Source: Chrysomallon squamiferum (lineage: Eukaryota > Animalia > Mollusca). Taken from it: 64,000 bases of DNA. The notes under the pieces are model-generated. The model was not told the origin of the DNA. It made no database searches and saw nothing but the letters and a program-made list of their open reading frames with translations. Below, one piece after another: positions 13,037-27,726 of the stretch. The stretch covers positions 18,352,001 through 18,416,000 of the forward strand of contig CM022671.1 in NCBI GenBank assembly GCA_012295275.1. The letters run 5' to 3'. The translations under genes were made by a program, and so were the position numbers. How positions within the stretch are numbered: the first letter of the stretch is position 1; the number at the start of each line of letters is the position of its first letter.

Positions 13037-13419
13037 ATAATGTAATTTTTTTATATTTATAATTAGAAAGTAACTTGGATCCTTAATTGGATTTAATGTA
13101 TCGAGTGAGTTGATTTTCCTTCTCAACAGCTTTGATGGACTATAATATTATATTTAATTGCATAATTATGAAACTTGATCATCATCATTTGCTGTTTGGC
13201 TAAACTCTATTACAACAGTTAGTATTGTACAATACAGTATGACGTCTGTTTACAAAAAAAAAATCCTGTTTGAATAACTATAATTAAACCAAATCGCCTA
13301 TGATACTTGATAACGTTTCATCTGTTGATGAATGCTTCCATCACTTAGCATTGTTATGGTACATCAATATTATTGTGGAACTCTGAAATTATCACTTCAA
13401 ATTTCTCTGTATATATCGT

Positions 13420-13658
13420 CAGAAATTGCTCGTTTTTAATCCACCGATATTAAATCAACTTCAGAAATTATCAAATTTTTTTCCCACTGAATTCGGATAT
13501 TAAACCAACGTTAAGTGTGTATATATATATCTATAGTTAGAAATTAACCATTTTTATTCCACTGAATTCGGATATTAAATCAGCTTCAAGTGTAATGTAT
13601 ATACTGTCAAAAATTGCTCGTCTTTATTTCATTGAATTCGGAAAGTAAATCAACTTTT
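13420..13658. repeat. Degenerate tandem repeat, ~4 copies of (G)AAATT...CCACTGAATTCGGATATTAAATCAACTT
   Basis: The core recurs at about 13441, 13484, 13559 and 13630 with variable spacers. Confidence 0.7.
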
Positions 13659-14317
13659 ATAAAACTGAATGGTGAAAGACAAGTCTGTTGCGTAAACATA
13701 TGAAAATAAAACAACTCATTAAAACAAAATAAGAAGACGCTTAAAGAATGGAGTTTTTTGAGATAATGATGTGTTAAAAGCAAACAATAACTGTAAAATG
13801 CCGTTTCTGCAGTGGTAAACACTCTCTTACAAAAGTAATGCATTCTCATAAATAGCAGAACTACAGTGTTGAGACAAAACAAACAAACAACAAAGTGACA
13901 CTTCAGTGTGAAAAAGTTGTATTAACATGCCACTGAAATTAATGTTACCTTAATTTAGATGTCATCAGTTTAGTCTTCACTGTCGTATTAGGTCTCATAA
14001 TTTTTTCTTCAGTTTTTTCTTCTTATTTATTCCTTTCATTGTTATCCTTATATTCAATTTTGGTTTCTTCTGTTTCCCATCTTTATTCTCTTTCTATTTC
14101 TTCTTTTTTGGCTTCTTTTGCTTTCAACTGTTTGCCAACAATTTTTCCTTTTTAATTTTTTAATTTTATTGTTTAATTTTTTGTTTCTTCAACTTAGCCT
14201 TTTTTTTTCTTTCTTTCATCTTCTTTTTTTTTTTTTTTTTTTTTTTTTGGGGGATTTTTCTTCTTCATCATTGTTAATAAGATGCCCACCATCGACTAAT
14301 AACAAAATAATACACAA

Positions 14318-14359
<42 letters not shown>

Positions 14360-15064
14360 TTTTTTATTTTTCAACACCTGCGTTCATGTACCCGTTTTCA
14401 TCTGTATTCAAAATATTATTTTCGTCAGGCAACACAAATCATTTCTGTCAGCCGATAAATATTGGTATTTGTTAAACCAAAGCACGTTAATAAGAAGATT
14501 AGAAACATAGGTTTCGCCACTTGAAAACCTGTTTATTTTTGTTCTTGTTAACAGTTTACGGTTTGTGTTTTCGGCAGTTGTTTTAGCTGTCAGAACTTCA
14601 CTTTTATTCCTATAGAACGGATCATTGCGCAGAGAAAACTCGAAAAAGATTGCATTTTCGGTCAATGTACTTTTAAGTGGTTTTGCACAAGATATAAAAT
14701 GTTTCACATGTAGCTGAATAGGACTGATTACAAGATTTCCATTTTCATTTTTTAGGGAATTATTAGCTTTTTCTTCTGCTTTATTTAATTTAATTTTTTA
14801 TGTTTTTAAATTTTTTTATTATTATTTTATTTATTTGTAGATATAGATATATTTATTTATTTATTTATTTATTTTATTCCCTCCTTTTTTTTTTTTTTTT
14901 GGATAACAGTTGCCAGTGCCTGTCAAAATAAATGATGTAGAAACATCTGATAGAGAAGCTTAAAAACAAAGCGTACTGTGATGTTTAGATCATTTACGAT
15001 GTAACATTGGCGTTTTTAACATCATGTAGCAACAAATCTGGATTTCAGTTTTGAAGGTGTTATA

Positions 15065-15067
<3 letters not shown>

Positions 15068-15140
<73 letters not shown>
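15068..15140. repeat. (TC)n microsatellite next to the Tigger element
   Basis: Read directly from the sequence. Confidence 0.98.
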
Positions 15141-15144
<4 letters not shown>

Positions 15145-15163
15145 GTGTGTGTGTGTGTACATG

Positions 15164-15916
15164 CAGTGGTACCTCGAGTTATAAGTGCTCCAACTTACGA
15201 GTTTTCCGAGTTACGAGCAGCCGAACGGTCGATTTTTTGCTTTGCGTTACGAGCCAAAATCCGAGTTACGAGCGAGCTTCAGATACGCCGCCTCTAGTTG
15301 GCGCAACGAACAACACAACATTCGCCCAGCATTCCGCGCCTTACTCGTTTGCTTCAGGTGGTTACCTCGCCGTGGAAGCATCTGTTGTGTTGTGCTCGCG
15401 TTTTATGCAGTAGTTTGCCAAATTTCCATGGATTCTAAGAAAGTGAGCGCAAAGGACAGTGCTGAGAAGAAGAAGCGGATGATGTCCATTGAATGAAAGC
15501 ATTAAATCAAAGAAAAACATAAGCGAGGTGTGCGTTTAGTCAACATGGTTACGCAGTACGAGCGTAGTACTTTTACGATATGTTCCATACTGAAGCAGAT
15601 GGAGCCAAAAGCATTAAAATAATTTCTAAGCTGCCGGCCTCTATCCGTGAAAAGATGGAGAAACCCTAACCCTGTACACTTTACAAAACCAATTTATTTC
15701 TTTACATTCTCTTTTATTTAGTTTTTATGCAATATTTGTCATTTTTAGTTATTTAAAAACACTTTACAAAAAATTGGGGTGGCTTTTGGGGGGATGGAAC
15801 GGATTAATGGTAATTCAATTAATTTTAATTATGGAAAATTGATTTGATATACCAGCAAATTTGAGTTACGAGCTCTGTCACGGAACGCATTAAACTCGTA
15901 AGACAAGGTACCGCTG
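15164..15916 (+). mobile_element. Internally deleted Tigger/pogo DNA transposon
   Basis: Left end CAGTGGTACCTCGAGTTATAAGT; right end reverse complement CAGCGGTACCTTGTCTTACGAGT. TA follows the right end (left flank reads TG). Subterminal GAGTTACGAG repeats. Contains a transposase 5' remnant. Confidence 0.9.
15428..15663 (+). pseudogene. Decayed N-terminus of a Tigger/CENP-B-type transposase (HTH DNA-binding region)
   Basis: Translates as MDSKKVSAKDSAEKKKRMMSIE*KH*IKEKHKRGVRLVNMVTQYERSTFTICSILKQME, then after a frameshift IKIISKLPASIREKMEK. This is the pattern of a TIGD/CENP-B N-terminal HTH, with two stops, a frameshift and no DDE domain. Confidence 0.85.
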
Positions 15917-17014
15917 TATATGTTTTTCTTTCTTTTTTCTGTTGTCTATCTATCTCTCTATCTCTCTATTTTATTCAGTTATTTATCTTTTTATTTATTT
16001 TGGTTTCTTTTTCTTCGCAATATTTTGTAATAATAGTAATAATAACAACAACAACAGTGATTCTAACAACAATTATAATAACAAAAACAACAATAACAAT
16101 TAACAATAATAATAATAACGCTAACAACGACAACAATAGTAATAATATCAAGTTATTATGAGTTTAGCATATTAATAATAATAATAATAATAATGACGAA
16201 GGTTATCATTTGATAATTTTCATCATTATCATGAAACTACGAAAAATTCTAAAAGTAAGAAATGTACAAAAAAAAAAAATAATAATACAAATAACAAAAC
16301 AACACACACACACACACACAAGGAAAATCAAAATTGCTTATCTCTTTCACTAAACAAGGTGGTAAATAAACAGTGGGATTGATGAAAGCACGTGTAGAAC
16401 GTGTAACGAATGGGCAAAGTTACTGAACTGGCTACCAATGATTGACAACAATAACAACTGTATGAAGAATGAGAACACATGGCCATCTCGTCTATTACAC
16501 TTTGTTTTTTGTATTTTTACCTGTTTTTTTTATAAAAAAAATTTTATTTACTATTTTTTTTTTTTTTTTTTTTTCTTTTTTTTGTTTCTTTGGGGGTTTT
16601 TTGTTTTATTTTTTAAAATGTTCTAAACACGGTTCCGTGGAAATTAAACAAGACGTCATCATTATTAATTGCTACTGGTTAAAACAAAGTTTACAGATTT
16701 GTAGGTTCTGGGTTCAAATCAGTGTACAGGTTTAGATGGAATAGTATGATTTGTAGTACAGTCCAATACAGGACTTAACTGCTTACCCATTATAAGATTA
16801 CAGTATGCTCTATTGTCTTTAACTGTGTAATGTAGGCTATTAATGTTATCGTAAACAAGATGTAATATTTGGTTGATTGGTGTATGTAAAACAAGCAGAT
16901 GTAAACAAAATCATGTGTTGGGTGTGTAAATGTTTACGTATAAAGATAAATACATAGGTAACTACATAAGCATATTTTTTGTTAAGTTTTCTTAAAGGTT
17001 CTTTAAGATATTTT

Positions 17015-17017
<3 letters not shown>

Positions 17018-17100
<83 letters not shown>
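17018..17100. repeat. (GA)n microsatellite
   Basis: Read directly from the sequence. Confidence 0.98.
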
Positions 17101-17102
<2 letters not shown>

Positions 17103-17556
17103 GACCAAGCCATAGAAAGTCAGTCGAAACAGAGGTTTTCAGAAAAAAAAAAAAATTAGAGACAGGGGTGTGAGTATGAAAGATTAGATGAGAAAGAGAC
17201 AGACAGACAGATAGAGAAACAGATTCAGAGACGGATATTGATGGAAAGGAGAGAGAGAGGAGACAGACAGGGAGTTAGAGATAGAAAGTGGCTGAGAGAG
17301 AAGGAAGAAAAAATGTGTAAATATTTTGCTTTTGTTTATTTGTACAAGTCTGTTTGTTACCTGCTGAAGCAGTTACCATTTCGCCTTCTCTGTTTCCACG
17401 CTCCCGCGCGTTAATTTGTTTCTTCTTATCCTGACACAAATCACACATTTACTGTCAGCTTTATCATTATTTTCATATAACCGTGTATTCGATTTATCAT
17501 AACTTAATCTTGTTATTTGCCTTTGTCTTTCTCTTCTTTTATAATTATTTTTTCTC

Positions 17557-17594
<38 letters not shown>

Positions 17595-18549
17595 TTATTA
17601 TTATTTTAGTAGTAGTAATAGTAGCAGTAGTAATAGCAATAGTAAATGTATTTCTAGTTATCATAATTATTATAACATTTTCTTTTAACACTGGTAGTAC
17701 TTCTACTATTGCTACTTCTGTTAATATAAAAAATGTTACTTCTACAACAACAACAACTACTACTACTACTACAATTAATGCTGCCAAGACTACTACTTCT
17801 ACTATCACTTTGTCACAACTACTTATAGCTTCTACTTCTACTAGAATTAACTTTATATTGTTGTTGTTACTGTTGTTGCTGCTGCTCATATTGTTATTGT
17901 TTTTTTTAACAAATAATAATATCGCCATTAATAATAATAATAATAATGATGATGATAATAATAATAATAAATAAATAAATAAATAAAAAATAAAAAAATA
18001 TAAAAAATATAAAAATATCTACAAAAGTCGATATAAAAAGGTTGATCGACAGCTGATGGGTTTAGCTGCTGTTACAAGAAACCCCCGCCGAAGTAATGGA
18101 ACTGTACCTTGACATTTCCATGTTTTTGCCGGTCAGTGTTCATCAAATATATCTCCTGACGCCAGCCACACCGCTCACGCTGTGTTATTATCTATATTCT
18201 TACCAACATCGCACAGATTTGCTTAGATTACTCGACAGAAAGGGAAACTGGATTCGCCGTTATCGGGGAGGAAATGTAAGAAGCGCCACGTGCTCTTCTG
18301 TAACCTTTACGAAACTGCGGCTTTCTCTTAACAAGCTAATGGAGGTCGAGTGCCGTGCCGCCCGAAATATGTGGCACGTGCTGTCAGTGATAAACGTACA
18401 CTAGTGCGACAGCGGGTACTTTGATAAAGAGATATTGATGATTTAGTACCTGGTGGAAGAAATTTATAAACGTTTTTTATTTTATGTTGTATAGTTGTTT
18501 AAAGATAAGAAAAGAGAAAGAAGACGAGAAAAATAATGAAATGTAAAGC

Positions 18550-18616
<67 letters not shown>

Positions 18617-19645
18617 GTAGTAGTAGTAGTAGTTGTTGTTGTTGTTGTTGTAGTAGAATTGTAGCAATAGTAATAATAGCAGCAGTAGTGGTACTACTGC
18701 TACTGCTAGTGTTAATAGTAATATCAAGAGTTACTACTAGTGATAAAATAATAATAAGAAGAAGAAGAAGAAGAAGGAGAAGAAGAAGAAGAAGAAGCTA
18801 AATAATAAAATTTAAAAATTTATAAACTGTACATATTATTATTATTTAATTAAAATTGTAAGTTAAAACGAACTTGAAAAGATAGAGAGCGAAAGAGTAT
18901 AAGACAACAACATGATGATCATCAACAACAATAACAACAACAATAAAGCAAGAATAATAATAATAATAACAATAATAATAATAATAACAAGAAGAAGAAG
19001 AACAACAACAACAACAATAATAATAATAATAATAACACCCTCGTCAAAAACCATTAACAACAATAATGACAACATCAAAAAAATAAAATAAAATAAAATA
19101 AAATAAATAAATGAATAAATACTGCCACCACCACCGACTACAACTACTTCAACAACAACAGTGTACAGTCCAGTAACATAAAAACCGATTGCACACAGAG
19201 GAAGAAGTGTTATCTTTTATCGTCAATTTTGTGTTCATCATCTTCCACGTTATTCAAGACTGACATATTAAAAATACCACTAAATAAATTACTGCAGGCT
19301 AACACGGGCAATTCTGGTACAGGCCACCTTAAACATTTTCATCATAACTCGTGTTCGTATCAGTTCAGAAATAAAAAAATATTTATAATTATCTGCTTAT
19401 AGATGCAATAATATTCCGACGAGGTGAAGATTTTTTCTTTTCTTTTCTTTTTTCTTTACATCTTTCCGAACGATTTATTTATTTATTTATTTATTTATTG
19501 TAATAATTTACAAAATATTTTCTCATGTAATAGCCTGGACGGTAGTGCCTCGTTGTGACACTATTTACAACATATAAATGCTTGTATCTACACTAAATGA
19601 TTCATCGTACTTCGGTCACAGTAAAAAAAGAATTAAGAACCATTA

Positions 19646-19709
<64 letters not shown>

Positions 19710-20860
19710 CACACACACACACACACACACAATCAGTCAAACGCATATTCAGTTATATTTTAGCAGAAGTCGTAACTTTATAATATATATTTTGTATCTC
19801 ATACACATATTTTGAGATAAAAAGTATCGATATATATATTTATATATTATATATATATATAATATATTTATATTTTATTATTTTAATTTTTTTTATTTTT
19901 ATTTTTATTTATTTTATTTTTTTTTTTTTTTTTTTTCAATAGGTTAGTATCGAAAACACATCGCATACACTCACAGGTACGTCACACACACATACACGCA
20001 TTCGGTCGTCAACCAGTTAAAGCGTCCGTGTAGAGATACAAAATGAAGTCTAAATGATTATTCTTTTCACTTCCTAGTTATTATTTTATTGTTTCAGTCG
20101 ATCTGTCATCGATTTCAATACAGTATTACAATAAAATAATACCGTTAACAAAAGAAGATATTGCATTCAGAATTCGTGACGTCATTGCTCACGTTTATGG
20201 CTTATTCTAGAAACCGTAAATCAAATCAGTCTGCCTCGTAAGAGATGACGTCACGCAAAAGAAAAATGATGTTTTTAAACTTCACTTTTTTGTTCTTATT
20301 CTTAGTTTCATGTATCAGGGAGTGCCTCAGTTCTGGCTCTGATTAACATTTTTACAAACTACATTGATTGCTGAATGGTTTCAAACATCTGTTGTCAGTT
20401 TCGCTTTTAATGTTTTCAAAATATCTTTTTCTTTCCTTCCACTTCACTTTGTCCATCTTTGGATACATTTGTCTTATTCACTTTCTCTATAATACACTAT
20501 CACTTTATCTCTTAGTTATTCAATCTTTCATACATAATTTCTTTTGCTCATTCTTTTTCATATCTTTATCCACTTCTGTCTCATACAGAGCATCATACAG
20601 AATCTCTCTTGGTTTTCATCTCTCTTTCTCTTAGTCTGCATATCTCTTTCTCGATCTCTCTATTGCTTTCTTAATCTCTCTCACACAGTTTTTAAGTATC
20701 TTTCTTTTTCTTTCTTATATGTACAATTTCTTGGTGTATTTATCTCTCTCTTTCTCTCAGTCTCAGTTTCTCAGCTCTCTCATTCTTTCTATTGCTCTCC
20801 TACTTTCTCTCACGCCATTTCTGAGTCTATTTGCTTTCCTATCTCTTTCCATTAATATCG

Positions 20861-20962
<102 letters not shown>

Positions 20963-21665
20963 TCTTTCCATTAATATCCATCTCTTTCTCTCATATACTT
21001 TCATACCCAGACACCTCTCTCTGATATTATTTTTTCGGCAAATCTCTGTTTCGACTGACAGATCTACCGCCATTTTGTTTATCAGTGTGATACATCATCT
21101 GTCTTTATTTCTGTCTACGAATCTCATTTCCTTTGTCTATTGTAACTTATCATAACTGATAACTTCAAAGCTATTTTCTCTTCTTTTTTTTTTCTCGCTT
21201 CCCTCTTAAGATAAAAATTCTAAATTATTGTAATAATTCAAAAGATTGTATCGCAAAGAATAAATAATGATAGGTGTAATTAAAATGAACCATTTCACCA
21301 GTGCATTCGTACCACAGAAGAGCATCCATTTATAGATTTTGTTTAAAAAAATAAAATACATATATATATATATATCTTTTGTTGAAAACTTTATTATATT
21401 ATTTTTTAAAAGCTGGAAAATGTGATTATTATATTATATATATATATAAAATATAACGCAGAAAACAGTGAGAAAATATCCTATTTTAATATTTCAGTTC
21501 CCGTTTCACATGCTCTGTGATAAACGTTACCTTTAAATACAACTTTAATGAAATTGATAAGTACATGTTCATTTTTTGTGTTTATGCGTGCATTCGTGCA
21601 TGCATATATTTATAAACATAAAAATGGTTTGAAAAACACGTGTTTTTGTTCTTCACTTCAGCCTC

Positions 21666-21730
<65 letters not shown>

Positions 21731-21791
21731 CTCTTTTTTTTTTATATATATATATATATAAAACGCTATAATTACACACACACACACACAC

Positions 21792-21868
<77 letters not shown>

Positions 21869-22158
21869 AGGATCTCACATCAGGCGACTTAGCGTAGTGT
21901 AAATAATTTTTATATCAGGAAGGAAGGAATGCTCTTTTTTCTCTCGGGTAGTTTACAATTACACCAAAACTGATAAGGATTTTTTTATATAAAGAAAATA
22001 AATTTCCCTATCGTTGATGTTTTATGCACGGATTTATTCAGATTTGCGGCTTGTGAAGAATGTATGACGTAGGTAACTGTAGCGAATCTTTTTATCCATT
22101 TCCGCTTTCATGTACAACGCTGCATAACAACCTAAACAATATTGGTTTCATTAAAAAG

Positions 22159-22195
<37 letters not shown>

Positions 22196-24241
22196 TTGTC
22201 TTATTTCCTGTAGAAGTTAATGCTTTCTCTCGTTTTTTTTTTTTTCTATAACATTTTTCGACCTTTTTCTTTGACCTTCAAAAGAAAAAAAAAAAATGCA
22301 CACTTATAAGTATACATTTTAATCAGCTGGCTTAATGCTTCATCAAATGTTAACTCCCGTATACATCCATTTTTAAGTTTACATACATATATACAAATAC
22401 ATACATCGTACGAACACGCACACACACATAAAGACGTATATTTTCTTTAGCAAATATAAAGTAACTATTACCACTACTATTATTACTAATACTACCTATT
22501 ACCACTACAACCACTACTGCTACTAATAATATATAATAATGGTAAAAAGTACTATTACTACTACAATCTGTTACAGGCTTTGCATGCAAATTTTAAAAAC
22601 AAGATAAAATGTTTTAAAACATAACACTGCACTCTGTGAAAACGAGAGCTCTAATTAATAATCAGAAGTCCATGACAATAGAACACGATCTTCTATGACA
22701 GCTGATTGAACCCATCTGCCTCTAACCTTTCGTTGGAATCAAATTCCTATCTGCTTCCGGTAAGTAGGGTAAGACCAAAACGACGGACCTGCCATTGGCG
22801 TAATCTTCCGTCGTTCGGTTTACGTCAAACTGCCGATACCGGGGAAAATATCAAGCGAAACTTTACGAATAACGATAACAAAGCCTAAATAAACTTTCTG
22901 ATGTAATCTTCAGATGTAAAGGTCAAAAGAAAACGATTATGGGCAGGTAAAGAGCGTTCGTGTTGTAAATCGCGTATTCGTTTCAGTGTCTAGAAAACTC
23001 TAGTGGTATTTTCAATGAACAGATGTGTACAGTGCATGTCACTTTCATTACATTCCAGATGTTTAGAACAATTGCAGTATAAAGATAAGTGTGCACACAT
23101 TGTATGTACACGTATGCGTCCGTGCATGCATGGATGTATATGCACGTCTGCATGTATGTATGGATGTGCGAATGTGACTATGTATGTATGTATGTATGGA
23201 TGGATGGATGGATGGATGGATGGAAGCATAATTACAAACATATATAACATTTATATACTGTTATGTTTGTGCGTCCGTATGTGTGTGGAAAAGAGAAAAA
23301 GAAAGAAACAGAAAGAGAAAAAAAAAAAATCCCAAATTGAGACCGACAGACAGACAAACTGCGGCGGACAGAAAAATGGAATGATGTTAACATACGTTTA
23401 CTTGTTGTTAACTGGAGATGACAAAGAACAAAACCAACATCATATTCACAGTAGGAGACTTCTCGTTCTAAAACAATATCAGATGTAGTGGCAATACCTG
23501 TATATATACATTTAACATTGTGCTCCTAACGAGATGAAAAATTTAACATGACGTCTGTAGATCGAAAAACAAAGCAGCATGTGTTTAAATTATAAATTAG
23601 TGATATGTTATCATTGTTTTTCATCAGTGCCATCTAAGAAATGTTGAGAACAATTAGAAAAAGTCTGGGCAGACTGAGCCTATTGTTTTATCACTTTCAT
23701 TTATTTTTGTTTCTCAAATACCGTTTTATTTTGGGGTGTTGCTGTATTTTTTTGAGTATTGTGTGTTTGTATATAATGCCTGGTTCCTTTTCTGTGTTTA
23801 TTAATTTGTTCATACTTACGTAGATACACACATATACTTGTACGCATTTGCACATAAACACATGCAGAATATACATAAAAACATGCATGTGTGTTTTTGA
23901 TTATGTATGTATGTATGTATATAATACATAGACATACATATATGCATACACACTTATACACACATGCATAAACTGATATGTACGTATGTACGTACATACA
24001 TACATACATACAAACATACATACATACATATATACATACATACATATAGACATACATACATATATATACACACATATACACATAATACAAGGCTGTCTTA
24101 AATACATATATCCAGCATTAACAAAAATACATACAAAGATATTATACAAACCAGAACGACTAAGTTAAATACACACAAGCCAATACTATAAATACAAATG
24201 GCAATTTAATACGTCGGTTTAGCTTTCATTTTCTTCACCAA

Positions 24242-24277
<36 letters not shown>

Positions 24278-25021
24278 TATTTATTTAACAAATTAACGAA
24301 CATGATAAATAGTTACGTGAAAGTATCGAGTTAGACAATAAATCAAAGCGAATTCTTTCGCTGTCTGATTGTTTGTTACTGCAAGAGGCTGGAGGAAAAA
24401 TTGATGACGTTAGTTTTAGAAACGTAATTAATCGTGTTGATTCTAACAAAAATCGCTTCGACTAAGTATCTAAAATCAGAAAGAAAGGGGGGGATGGGAA
24501 AAAAAGGTTAAACTGGTTCTCGTGAATTTGATGGATTTGGCGGAACTAAGGAACCTACGAGTGATAGAAAAATGTGATTAGAAAGAAACGCAAAAAAAAC
24601 AAAAAAAAAAAAAGTTAAAAAAGAAAAAAAAATGGTTGAAAAAAAAAGAAAGAAAAAAGTTGATTTGGAAAGACGATAATTAGTTTATTTATCAAAGACT
24701 TCATTTTTTTTCTTTGTCTTTTTATTGCTTTTTTTATTATTAATTTTTTTCATCAAATTTATAATGATTTATTTTTTCATTTCTTTTCTTCTCTCTCTCT
24801 TTCTCTGTTTCTCTCTCTGTTTCTTTGTCTTTCTCTCCCTCTGTCTTTGTCTCTTTCTCTTTGTCTCTCTTACTCTTTCTTTTTCTCTCTGTCCCTCTCT
24901 TTTTTGTCTTTCTTTCTGGGATTCTCTCTCTCAATCTCTCTCTGTCTCTCCCTTTTTCTGTCATTTACTCTTTTTCTCTCTCTTTCTCTCTCTTTCTATA
25001 TATCTCTCTTTCCTTCCTTTC

Positions 25022-25103
<82 letters not shown>

Positions 25104-25444
25104 TTACACTGTTTTGTACCGTGTCGACTTACTTCTACTACTATTGATACTACTAGTCACCACGGTTTTCGACCGAGTATCTGTAAACAGTTATATATTT
25201 TTGTGTGTGTAAATGTGCGAATGTCATTTTTTTTTGACAATGGGAGTTTCTGTTCCTCTCTATCAGTATGTCTTAAGGATGTTAGTATATCGATATAAAT
25301 ATATTATTTTGAATGATTTTTATTATATTTATCTAAATTCTATTTTTCCTCTTTGTTTTTCTTTGTTGTTTTTATTAAATTCTTTTTTCTTTTTTTTTTT
25401 TTTTTTTTTTTATATATATATATATATAGCATTAAAAAAATAAT

Positions 25445-25480
<36 letters not shown>

Positions 25481-25741
25481 AATTTATCAATGTAGGCGTT
25501 TCGAGGACAATCACAAAATCTGAATGTCTTAAGAAAAACTACGGTCATAAATAAATAAACACATAACAAAAGAAACGCATACTGAACAGCTGAGGTGTGC
25601 TTTGCCAGATGTTGGTATTGAATTATGATTTCACAATGTTTACTTTATCACAAAGACTGACGATTATATCAGATATAACGGTTTGCATACCTTGTCAAAA
25701 TACATCTGGTTCAGGATGCATTACAATGTACATACACTGTA

Positions 25742-25834
<93 letters not shown>

Positions 25835-26154
25835 GATCCAATATATCTATTTCTCTTGCTATTTTTCATAGACTTGTATACTACCTGACATTAGACATAT
25901 TTTAACTCTATAACATAAAGTGATAGGACTTCTGTTACCAGTTATATCATGACGGTAAAGCAGTTTATGCTTTCTCGATTGCTCCGATTTTACATAACAC
26001 ATAAATATACATTATATTTAACACTTCTACGCATTCTCTTTTTCGCGATAAATTATGACTGTTCTTTTTTGTTGTTGTTCTTTGGTGTGTTTTTTTTTAA
26101 TTCAGTATATACTGTATCTGGGTTTTTTTTTATGTTATATATATATATATATAT

Positions 26155-26237
<83 letters not shown>

Positions 26238-26734
26238 CATGGATAGATACATTGATAGCTTTGACAGAATCTAATCCTTGCATAACTCTAGGAATTATTT
26301 CACAAACCTGAGGAAAAGGTGTACGTCATAAATTACCGATGCGGCGCATGCAAAGTTATCACAGCCTGACCACGTGATGTCTTCATTTTAGCTTAGTATC
26401 AGTTCCCTTGCATCAGAAAAAAAGGTTAACAGACTATAAGATATGTTTTTGTTTCACGACTATCAAGTTTATGAGACGCAGACTGCAGCGGTTAAGAAAC
26501 GCGTATTTTGTATGTTTTTTCATGTAAGCAAGCAATAAAAATATTATCTAATTTGTTATGACGTAATTATGTTGACAGATATTCACCTAAAGTACAAAAT
26601 GCACAATGTTGAAGGTGTATTTTGTATTTGTAAATCGAAGAGCATAGGCATAATAGAAAGAGAGAGTGGGGAGAAGTGAAGGAGAGACAAAGTGAGAGAC
26701 AGAACGAGACAGAAAGTGAGAGAGAAAGAGAAAG

Positions 26735-26830
<96 letters not shown>

Positions 26831-27504
26831 CAGAGAAAGAAAGAGAGATACATACAGACAGACAGGGAGAGAAACAGAGACAGACAGAGTAAGAGAGACA
26901 CCTTTAATCTTACAGTCATAATCTTACTTACACCTGAAGTGTTATTGATCCCGGGTTCATAATCTCGTAATTATTTCCCGTTCCAGACAGTATAACAAAC
27001 ACTACATAGCAAGCAGTAACAGTTTTTCCCCATCTTTTAGAAAGTACATAGACAGAGACAGACAGTTTTCACAACTATCACGAAGTCAAAAGCACAAAAT
27101 CTGGCATCCATTAATCGATGATAGAAAACGAATCACTGTATATCATTACACGATGTAAACAAACGTGTAGCAACTGTTAATATTAAACTGCGTTGATATA
27201 ATGTTTTTTTTTTTGTTATTATAGCAGGCCGCCGATGAATCATTTCAACCAGTAAGCCATGCTTTAATCTCATAAGTTAAGAATAATCTTAAAAACAAAT
27301 TAAACTAGAATTAATTATCAGCATTTTCTGTTCAAGTAGTTACTTCTGTACAAAGCAGTGAAGAGGATGGAGTGTGTACTGGCAGAAGGAAACAAGAGCT
27401 TATGAGTTTCAAGTGCATGTGTAATGGAAACAAGTGGTTTAAACGTTTGTCATTCATATTAATAGTGTACGCCTGAAATCTCTCTCTCTCTCTAATCTCT
27501 GTCG

Positions 27505-27584
<80 letters not shown>

Positions 27585-27665
27585 TGTCTTTCTGTCTCTA
27601 GCATGTGTTTGCTGCCCTACCTCGCTGTCTATATTTATTTCCCTTTTCTTACTTTTCTTTTATCT

Positions 27666-27726
<61 letters not shown>

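Noticed and set aside
16670-16735. tRNA or SINE-like A-box and B-box (TGGTTAA ... GGGTTCAAATC)
   Set aside because: No cloverleaf, tail or TSD can be made out. At best a very old SINE head.
18096-18404. 102-aa complex-looking ORF
   Set aside because: No recognisable family or convincing splice sites. Better explained as a chance ORF in a GC-rich island.
22640-22990. CpG-rich island with strong + strand donors (CCG|GTAAGT ~22760, CAG|GTAAAG ~22946) as alternative first exons
   Set aside because: No promoter signature or coding evidence strong enough to call without transcript data.
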